A stretch of DNA of 35,270 nt, taken from the NCBI GenBank assembly GCA_035306925.1, contig DATGND010000277.1, positions 1-35,270 of the forward strand, read 5' to 3'. Below are positions 8,200 to 16,922 of the stretch, in pieces. The DNA is from Bacteriovoracaceae bacterium. Lineage in GTDB: Bacteria > Bdellovibrionota > Bacteriovoracia > Bacteriovoracales > Bacteriovoracaceae. The first letter of the stretch is position 1. Every line of letters starts with the position of its first letter. The translations under genes and the position numbers were made by a program. The notes under the pieces were generated by a model. The model was given only the letters and a program-made list of their open reading frames with translations. It searched no databases and was not told the DNA's origin.

Positions 8200-9127
8200 C
8201 CGGCTCCAATCCTAACTTTAATTCGAGGTCTTTAATTTGTTTTTCTGCATTCTTATATCTTACATCGTCAGGCACAGTATAAAGAAGCCTAATTATCGAA
8301 CAATAGGAAACTATTGCACTCTGATACTTAAGTGACTCTTCATCACGTTGAGCCTTCACAATATAGTCTTCAATAGATTGATCAAGATGTTCTTTGGTTT
8401 TTCTTAAATAGTATTCGGCTTGAGCGTCCCCTGGAGCAATAATCAGGGCCAGATTGAATTCATGAATGGCACGAAAGTAATTTCTTTCTCTAAACTCTCT
8501 TAAGCCTCGCTGATAGATAGTATTCAATCTTTCTTTAACTTGTTTATCTTCATTGGCCTGGCGCTTTTGAAGTGCCTGAACATATTCGTTAGTAGCATCC
8601 TGATAAGCAGGTACTTTTTTGGGAGGCTCATTCTGAGGAGTCTCATCATCCAAAAGGAACATCGCCATAAAAACGACAGCTAAGATTAAAACAGGAACCA
8701 TCGTTTTCTTACTAGCAGATGTACTTTGTTCCTCATCCTCCTCTACTTTGCCACCCTTAACCAACTTCGGCTTAGCTGCTACATCTTCTTTGGCAAACTT
8801 TAAAACTGTTTGACCGATAATAATTCGGTCACCTATTTTAATTTTATGTTGAACAGCTTTTTTATCATTAACGACCACACCGTTCTGCGATCCTAGATCT
8901 GTTACAATCCAGTCTTGTCCAACTTTAGTAAACTCCGCATGCTCTCGGCTGGTCTTATTATCGTTAATCCTGATATCAGCTTTTTCAGAACGTCCCACAA
9001 CTAAACGATTACCTATAAGATAATAGGTTTCGCCTTTGTTGGGCCCAGTCAGACAAATTAGCTTGAAGTAAACTCCTGCTTCTTTGGGCTGATCAAAATT
9101 TCTCAGAACTAATACATTCTTTGCCAT
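8162..9127 (-). CDS. FHA-TM-TPR membrane protein
   Basis: FHA VGRSE..SREH..SQNG, TM VPVLILAVVFMAMFLL and TPR YQRGLREFRERNYFRAIHEF. Confidence 0.85.
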   Translation of the reverse strand: MAKNVLVLRNFDQPKEAGVYFKLICLTGPNKGETYYLIGNRLVVGRSEKADIRINDNKTSREHAEFTKVGQDWIVTDLGSQNGVVVNDKKAVQHKIKIGDRIIIGQTVLKFAKEDVAAKPKLVKGGKVEEDEEQSTSASKKTMVPVLILAVVFMAMFLLDDETPQNEPPKKVPAYQDATNEYVQALQKRQANEDKQVKERLNTIYQRGLREFRERNYFRAIHEFNLALIIAPGDAQAEYYLRKTKEHLDQSIEDYIVKAQRDEESLKYQSAIVSYCSIIRLLYTVPDDVRYKNAEKQIKDLELKLGLEPGETHCLKKQRTP

Positions 9128-10698
9128 TAATCATTATTTACGAAAGTAATATAAAAAGCTTTCGCAAACCTATCCCTTCCAATTAAAGCTGCTACATTGA
9201 TACTCATATCCTTACCGCCAATTTCATAATGTTCACTTTGGTTACTTCCATCATTGTTGGCAGATTGATCACATAAATCGATTACAGTTGCTGCAAAACC
9301 CTGGTCTTTAGCAGTATCCAATAAGCTTTGCCCTGATGCTGAACTCTCTCTTAAACCAATCAAGTCTTCACATTCAGGATTAATATGTTGGATAACTTTT
9401 TGCGAATCCAGAATCATCACCGGGCCTTGTGCCCCTGCCATAAATTCTTGTAAGCTCCGCACGTAAGGGCCATCCTCTTCCAAGGTGTCCATTTCTCCAG
9501 AATCAGTGTTCTGCAATTCTTTTAATCGACTTAAAATACTATTAATTGTATTTCTTAGTGGATTTAGCTCTCTAAACAAGGACTTAGACTCCAACTCCTT
9601 CTGTCTTCCCCGTAAAACCCTCTCAATCTGAAAGCGCATATCCTCCAGAGGCTTAGTCGTCATGTAATAAAGCATTCCAAAGAAGATAATCGCCACCATT
9701 GCAGAGGTCATTAATGACTCCAGATAAGCCTTGGAGTTATTAGAAGCTTCTTGAGCTAGAGAACTTGGTGAGAACTCCAGGGTAACAATGGCCACAACCA
9801 CATCCCGACCGAGGTTTCTATCGTGGGCCTTAATGGCCCGTGCAATCCCAATCTTATTGCCACCTAAGTCTTTAATGATTTCTTTATCCTGGTTACTTTC
9901 TACGCGATAAAGACGAAGGGCCTCAACGGAGAAAGAATCATTAACAATAGTGTTAAGCTCTGAGACAGGACGATAAACTCGTCCTTCAATATCAAAAAGT
10001 TTATAGCGTCTAACCCCTTCGGCATCATCCCCTTCCAGGAAGCCGGTATAAACTTGATCCAAGTTCTTATCACGTAAGAAAACGTTATTAAGTCTATCTA
10101 CTTCCGCCACGTACTGCTTACCTCGTAAGGCAATCTCTTTAATGAGAAGCATTTTGGAATCACGAAGGACAGGAAGAATTGTCAGAGTAATATTACAGGC
10201 AATGAAAATAAAAAGCAGAATTCCTACTAAAGCAGACCATTCATACTGTTCATTGAAACTATAAATAATCGGCATCACCTTATACTTAAAAAACCATATA
10301 GGCTTTCCAAGTAAAGATTGCGGCATCGGCTCGATCTTTTGCTCATCATAATCATCAGCATCATCATCGGAGGACTTTAAAACCTTCTTCTTAATAATCA
10401 CTTTTTTCTCGATGACATAAACGAACTGGAAAATGACATTAGGAAGAGCAATCTTATCGCCATCTTTGAGCGTTATTTTCTTAATGATCTTACCGTTAAC
10501 TATTGTTCCGTTTGCCGAACCTAAATCTTCGACAAATGCAGTATCACCATTAACGGTGATCTGAAGATGTTTCTTTGAAACTCCATCAGCAGAAATAGTG
10601 ATATCGCATTCCGAAGAACGACCAAGAGTATTCTCTCCATCATTTAGAATGAACTCTTTACCTCGGAGTTTTCCACCTACCGCAACTATCTTAAACAA
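9127..10698 (-). CDS. FHA-TM-periplasmic domain-TM-HAMP-PAS protein with no catalytic output domain
   Basis: FHA LGRSS..SKKH..SANG. Two TMs flank about 150 aa. HAMP-like TKPLEDM...ELNPLRNTIN and PAS-like GPVMILDSQKVIQHINPECEDLIG. TTG start with GGAGG. Confidence 0.8.
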   Translation of the reverse strand: MFKIVAVGGKLRGKEFILNDGENTLGRSSECDITISADGVSKKHLQITVNGDTAFVEDLGSANGTIVNGKIIKKITLKDGDKIALPNVIFQFVYVIEKKVIIKKKVLKSSDDDADDYDEQKIEPMPQSLLGKPIWFFKYKVMPIIYSFNEQYEWSALVGILLFIFIACNITLTILPVLRDSKMLLIKEIALRGKQYVAEVDRLNNVFLRDKNLDQVYTGFLEGDDAEGVRRYKLFDIEGRVYRPVSELNTIVNDSFSVEALRLYRVESNQDKEIIKDLGGNKIGIARAIKAHDRNLGRDVVVAIVTLEFSPSSLAQEASNNSKAYLESLMTSAMVAIIFFGMLYYMTTKPLEDMRFQIERVLRGRQKELESKSLFRELNPLRNTINSILSRLKELQNTDSGEMDTLEEDGPYVRSLQEFMAGAQGPVMILDSQKVIQHINPECEDLIGLRESSASGQSLLDTAKDQGFAATVIDLCDQSANNDGSNQSEHYEIGGKDMSINVAALIGRDRFAKAFYITFVNND

Positions 10699-11035
10699 CT
10701 TCTACCTCCAGAATGTCTCCTTCTTTGAGTTCCATAGGAAGTTTACCGGCCGGCATTTCAAGAGTTTTGGATGCCTTAAAATAAATCCAGGTCATTCTCC
10801 ACGGCTTGAGATTTCTGATTATCTTTATGACTTTATTTTGAGAGTTTAAAAAAGCGACGTCGATTGGATATCTCATAAAGCAAGTGTGAATTGAATTACA
10901 AGGATCCAGTAGAAGACCTTCTGCCTCTTGAGGAGGACTGGCCCTGAACATCAGACCAATGATTCGAGAGAGCATATTATCTGCTACCAATATCTTCTCT
11001 GAAATACATTTATCATTCACTGATATTCTTAACAT
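10691..11035 (-). CDS. DUF192 family protein
   Basis: VADNMLSRIIGLMFR, CNSIHTCFMRYPIDVAFL, LKPWR and LEMPAG. Confidence 0.9.
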   Translation of the reverse strand: MLRISVNDKCISEKILVADNMLSRIIGLMFRASPPQEAEGLLLDPCNSIHTCFMRYPIDVAFLNSQNKVIKIIRNLKPWRMTWIYFKASKTLEMPAGKLPMELKEGDILEVEVV

Positions 11036-12417
11036 TAAAGCTTCCCTGTCATCATTTTCAGAACCATCGGTGCAAAAATGGCGACTAACACCGCTGGTAG
11101 AATAAAAAAGATCATTGGTATCAAAATCTTAGTCGCAGCGGTTGCTCCTAATTGTTCTGCACGGGATGACCTTTTTACTCTTAGTTCATTTGATAATTGT
11201 TTGAGGATCGGCCCGATTGAAGCACCCACAGAATCCGCCGCAATTAAAGTTGCACAGAATGAGTTAATTTCAATCATGTTCACACGCCAGCTTAGTTGTC
11301 TTAAACCTTCTGCACGAGAAGAACCGATTTTGGTTTCACGAATCAGAGTTTCAAACTCTTCTACCAATGGACTTGGTGGAGCTTTCTCAATCACCCGTTG
11401 AATAGCGGCCATAAAGTCAAGACCGGCCTCTACCGAAAGGGCCAGCATATCTACAATGAAAGGCATCGCTCTTAGCGTTTCTTGATTACGTCTTTGAATT
11501 TTTCCATTGAGCCAAATATTAGGGTAGAAAAAACCTACGACCCCCATGATCGGAGTTAGCGATAAAGGCCAGTCCTCTTCTAAAAAGGCTCTTACTGCTA
11601 AGAAGACAAAAGGCCCCCCCAGAATCATGAAAAGTTTTAATGAAACAAACTCTTCAGGGGTGAGATCTTTAGTAAGTCCTGCATTTGCCAATTTCTGACG
11701 ATACTTCGCTCTTATTTTGGCCTTACTTTTTGAACCTTGAACCATCGGTAGAAAGTATCTTTTATAAAAAGGCTTCGTTACTTTTACCAGGAAGTCCACT
11801 TTCTTGTTTTTATCAACTTCAACTTCTTCCAGGGCTTCACTTGCCTTAAACTTGTCCTGATCTTCCATGAAGGTTCGAACAATAATAAAGATGGCGATAA
11901 AGACCAAAGCAAGAGGTGAATAAAAAAGAAGATTATGAGCAGCACGTGCTTTTTCTACTTCTTTAGTAAAGTAGGCCAGCGATGCATCTTTAGTTAAACT
12001 TAAAACACATTTATTATCTTTTCTAACGAGTTCCAGAGCAGATAAGCCTTCTCGATCTAAAAAGATTCTGTTCTTTAACCATTGGTTACGATCTACAGCA
12101 ATGGTGAGTGAAGAGTTAGGAACAAAATTTCGAGAATCAAAAGTTACAGCTTCTAAAAAGAGAGTACACTCTCGATTATTAACAATCGTACCAATAACTT
12201 TTAACTTTCCAACGCTACCGCCTGGAGTTTGATAAAAGTAGATATTGCCTTTTAAATCATTTGAGAGAATGAGAGGCTTCTCAGAATAATTCATCCGAGA
12301 TTGTTGAATACAACTTGAATTGATATGCGAAAAGTCTTTAGGACAAACGTTTCCTTGGGCCTGAGCTTCAGACATCAGCAGCAATTGAAGAATGGCGTAG
12401 AAAATTAATTTCATCAT
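11035..12417 (-). CDS. tadC: TadC-like type II secretion system F-domain protein with an N-terminal signal peptide and extra exported domain
   Basis: KLANAG, MPFIVDMLALSVEAGLDFMAAI, LIAADSVGASIGPILKQLSNELR and TKILIPMIFFILPAVL. About 160 extra N-terminal residues. Confidence 0.88.
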   Translation of the reverse strand: MMKLIFYAILQLLLMSEAQAQGNVCPKDFSHINSSCIQQSRMNYSEKPLILSNDLKGNIYFYQTPGGSVGKLKVIGTIVNNRECTLFLEAVTFDSRNFVPNSSLTIAVDRNQWLKNRIFLDREGLSALELVRKDNKCVLSLTKDASLAYFTKEVEKARAAHNLLFYSPLALVFIAIFIIVRTFMEDQDKFKASEALEEVEVDKNKKVDFLVKVTKPFYKRYFLPMVQGSKSKAKIRAKYRQKLANAGLTKDLTPEEFVSLKLFMILGGPFVFLAVRAFLEEDWPLSLTPIMGVVGFFYPNIWLNGKIQRRNQETLRAMPFIVDMLALSVEAGLDFMAAIQRVIEKAPPSPLVEEFETLIRETKIGSSRAEGLRQLSWRVNMIEINSFCATLIAADSVGASIGPILKQLSNELRVKRSSRAEQLGATAATKILIPMIFFILPAVLVAIFAPMVLKMMTGKL

Positions 12418-12512
12418 CCTGCTTTAATTAAACTCCCAAAGTTAGACATATCTGATACTTCTAGAGTAACAAATTTCGTCTAACCGTTGGGAATTTCAAG
12501 AAACAGGAAAAA

Positions 12513-13592
12513 TTAACCTATATTAAGCTGTGATAGTTGATCATTTAGCTGTGCGATTAGAGTTTTGCTCTCTTGTTTTTTGAAAACTTTGGCAACGTCT
12601 GGGATATATATCGGCTTGTATTCAGATAGGTATTCTTTCTTGCACTTCTCAATACGGTGAAGCTTGGCCTCAATATCATCTTTATGAAGGACACGTTTTT
12701 TAATGGCCTCGTTGATGGCATTGTAGGCCCTCTGAGCATCTTCCATGAATCGATAAAGAACGATATCAGCTCCCGCCTTAACGGCCATAACGGCTGCTTC
12801 TTCAATACTGTATCGGTCTGCTACAGCTTTCATTTCCATATCATCAGTGATGATAATTTTTGAAAACTTGGTTTCCTCTCTTAAAAATTTATAGGCCTTT
12901 TCAGAAAGACTGGTTGGGAGCTGATCATCGATAGCATCCACCATTAAGTGGGCCATCATCATAAACTCCACTCTGGATTTAGAAGCTTTAATAAAAGGAA
13001 TCAGTTCGCGACTTCTTAACTCTTCCAAGGAAGTTTTGACATAAGGTAAATCAAAGTGTGAATCCTTAAAAGTATTACCATGTCCAGGGAAATGTTTTGC
13101 ACAGGCCATGATTCCATTAGTCTGCAAACCACGAATAGCTGCTGAAATATGTTTTTCCACAGTTTCAGCATCTTCTCCAAAGGCCCTATCACCAATAACT
13201 TTATTTTCAGGGTTAGTAAGAATATCGCAACATGGAGAATAACAAACGTTTACTCCGCAAGCGGCTAATTCTTTTGCTAGCAGTTGATGTACCTCAAAAG
13301 TGATTTTGGGTGAATCCAACTTAGAGAGATGAAGCATTGGAGGGAGTTGTGAGAAATGAGTTTTAAATCGAGCAACTCTACCCCCTTCCTGATCAACTGA
13401 GATGAATAAAGGATACTCATCTCTTTCTTTTTGAATGGCATTAACTAGTTCGGCCAGTTGTGCCGGATCCTGATAATTATGAGCAAATAGAATAATCCCA
13501 CCCAATTTGGAATTTCTGATAAACTCAGCTTCCTCTGGGAGAAGGGTTAGCCCCTTAATACCAGAAATGATCAATTGTCCTACATTATCCAT
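12513..13592 (-). CDS. nagZ: Beta-N-acetylhexosaminidase (GH3)
   Basis: GGIILF, VDQEGGRV, KHFPGHG..DSH and ITDDMEM. No signal peptide. Confidence 0.95.
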   Translation of the reverse strand: MDNVGQLIISGIKGLTLLPEEAEFIRNSKLGGIILFAHNYQDPAQLAELVNAIQKERDEYPLFISVDQEGGRVARFKTHFSQLPPMLHLSKLDSPKITFEVHQLLAKELAACGVNVCYSPCCDILTNPENKVIGDRAFGEDAETVEKHISAAIRGLQTNGIMACAKHFPGHGNTFKDSHFDLPYVKTSLEELRSRELIPFIKASKSRVEFMMMAHLMVDAIDDQLPTSLSEKAYKFLREETKFSKIIITDDMEMKAVADRYSIEEAAVMAVKAGADIVLYRFMEDAQRAYNAINEAIKKRVLHKDDIEAKLHRIEKCKKEYLSEYKPIYIPDVAKVFKKQESKTLIAQLNDQLSQLNIG

Positions 13593-13594
13593 AT

Positions 13595-14350
13595 CTACTC
13601 CATTTCTTTAGAAATACTTTGACCAATTGGTAACAACGTAATTCCTTGGGCAACCCATGCCATTTTAACTAATTCATGACTTTCTGAGAAGTGATAGAGA
13701 ATGAGCTGACCACCAACATCTATGGCCACCCGATGACCATCCCTATCCTTTCCTTCATATCGTGCTTGCGCTCCTACAAAGAGATCTCTTTTCATCGACG
13801 ATAGCATCTCCGCTTGGTAAGGCCACGAATCCCAGACTACAAAAAACTCTCTACCTCTCTTAGCATCAATAACTGAAGCTAAAATACCGTTATAAGCTAG
13901 ACATTCAGGAATCTGATTAAAAAAGCAAAACTGCTCATGACGTGGGAAAGGAATATTTTCGACTCTTCTTTTTTTACCTGGTTCGATAATAATGGCCTTC
14001 ATTGATTTATTTTTAACATCAATTCTTAATGATGACTTATGAAGTTTACCATCCAACCACACTTCATAATCCGAAGCCATAGGTCTAAAGGTCGTTGTGC
14101 GACCATTTCTGGTCTTAATTGTTCCAGGTTGAGAAACAGTTATACTTTTTTCAAATATCTTAAGACCATCGCGGGCACTGATAATGGAACGATTAACAAC
14201 TTTCTTATTGATAGTTTTCTTTTCTCGAGAAATTTTAAAATCACCAGATACATCATGATAATTAAAATGACGTACACTATCCTGAGGAATCCTATTACTC
14301 CCAGTTGATGAACAAGAGACAATAAAAAGGAGAATAAAAAAAATTTTCAC
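13595..14350 (-). CDS. Hypothetical lipoprotein
   Basis: MKIFFILLFIVSC lipobox-like start. The GTG overlaps the upstream stop (TAGTG). Confidence 0.75.
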   Translation of the reverse strand: MKIFFILLFIVSCSSTGSNRIPQDSVRHFNYHDVSGDFKISREKKTINKKVVNRSIISARDGLKIFEKSITVSQPGTIKTRNGRTTTFRPMASDYEVWLDGKLHKSSLRIDVKNKSMKAIIIEPGKKRRVENIPFPRHEQFCFFNQIPECLAYNGILASVIDAKRGREFFVVWDSWPYQAEMLSSMKRDLFVGAQARYEGKDRDGHRVAIDVGGQLILYHFSESHELVKMAWVAQGITLLPIGQSISKEME

Positions 14351-15150
14351 TAGATGAAATTCTCAAAATCTTTATTGGAATCAATTTGTCTTAGTAATTC
14401 GTTAATTTTCCGGCCTAAATGATTATCAATTTTAGAACTTAAATTTGGAAAATTAACCCCCACTTTAAATTTCTTCCCTTTATCTGAAATATAAGGAACG
14501 ACATAAACAACTTTTGCTTCAGGAATAACAATCACTTCATCAGGGAAATGAATTTCGAGGTTTTTATAAACCTGATCTTTGACGATAAACTTTTCTTCAA
14601 GTTCTGAAATATGAAGGGCCAGCCCAGTTGCCGAAAGATCCTGGACACGAACTTTGACATACTGATTTTCAGAGTCCCCTTTATCTACTAACTTTAAATA
14701 ACTCTTAAAAAGATTTTTACGACTTACACCCGTGTTTAAATTAATAACACTACTATCCTCAACCAGATGATCGATATGAAAAAGAGCATAGATCTCATAG
14801 ATGGGATAAGTGAGAAGTCGATAGCTTGATCTTCGTTCTGATTTATAAAGAATGTCTGCAAGCTTAAAGAGAGTATAACCTTGAGAGCTTTTCACAACGG
14901 TAAGCTCACAAAAGAAATTCATTCCTCTTAATTCGAAAGTTCCTAATAATTTAGCCTGAGTTTCAAAGATAATGTCGCCATTATCTACCACTAACTCATT
15001 TAGCTTTTTATCAAAATGAGTTGCTTGGAACTTATAGCGTTGTGCTGATCCTTTTTTCCAAACAACGATCGTTTCTTTGAGAGTAGCAAGCTGATTAAAT
15101 CTGCTTGCTCTCTCATCAGGAGTTTGTTTACTAAAAAAGGTTTGAGACAT
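14350..15150 (-). CDS. PilZ-domain protein (YcgR-like c-di-GMP receptor)
   Basis: RxxxR (RSSYR) and DxSxxG (DLSATG), preceded by an N-terminal beta-rich domain. Confidence 0.8.
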   Translation of the reverse strand: MSQTFFSKQTPDERASRFNQLATLKETIVVWKKGSAQRYKFQATHFDKKLNELVVDNGDIIFETQAKLLGTFELRGMNFFCELTVVKSSQGYTLFKLADILYKSERRSSYRLLTYPIYEIYALFHIDHLVEDSSVINLNTGVSRKNLFKSYLKLVDKGDSENQYVKVRVQDLSATGLALHISELEEKFIVKDQVYKNLEIHFPDEVIVIPEAKVVYVVPYISDKGKKFKVGVNFPNLSSKIDNHLGRKINELLRQIDSNKDFENFI

Positions 15151-15151
15151 A

Positions 15152-16300
<1,149 letters not shown>

Positions 16301-16358
16301 TCATTAGCTTGGTGAAATTAACGGTCTCGCTTAAAATAACATTTTTAAGGGGTCAAAT

Positions 16359-16922
16359 ATGGATGAAAAGAATAAGTTTCCAAGCCACTTTCTTACAACT
16401 CAATTTGTAAAATACATTGATGCTTCACAAATTAAGGCAACCGTTGAAACACTTGCCCACACCATTTCGGAAAAGTATCAAGGGCAAGAACTTGTTCTGA
16501 TTGCTGTGTTAAAAGGTAGCAATACTTTTATGGCCGATCTCATCCGTAACCTTAAAGGTGTCAAAGTCTACGTGGATTTCGTTAAAATCAAAGCATTAGG
16601 TCGAGGCCAGGAATCTCAAGGCACAATGACCATGGTCAAGGATATATCTACTAATCTGCTAGATAAGAATGTGCTGATTGTTGAAGAAATCGTCGATACC
16701 GGAAGAGCTTTAAACTTTCTCATTCAGAGGCTTCACCTCAGCTCTCCACGCAGTATCAGCGTGGTTACCCTCTATGACAAACCCTACAAGCGAGTTATCA
16801 ATATCAGACCAGAATTTATTGGAAAAAAAATTGAAGACCAATTTGTAGTAGGCTACGGCCTTGATCTTGAAGACTACGGCCGTAACTTTGAAGATCTTTA
16901 TTATTTAAAATACCCTAATTAA
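16359..16922 (+). CDS. hpt: Hypoxanthine phosphoribosyltransferase-like protein (divergent)
   Basis: LKGS..FMADL, VLIVEEIVDTG, DKP and FVVGYGLD. Confidence 0.8.
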   Translation: MDEKNKFPSHFLTTQFVKYIDASQIKATVETLAHTISEKYQGQELVLIAVLKGSNTFMADLIRNLKGVKVYVDFVKIKALGRGQESQGTMTMVKDISTNLLDKNVLIVEEIVDTGRALNFLIQRLHLSSPRSISVVTLYDKPYKRVINIRPEFIGKKIEDQFVVGYGLDLEDYGRNFEDLYYLKYPN

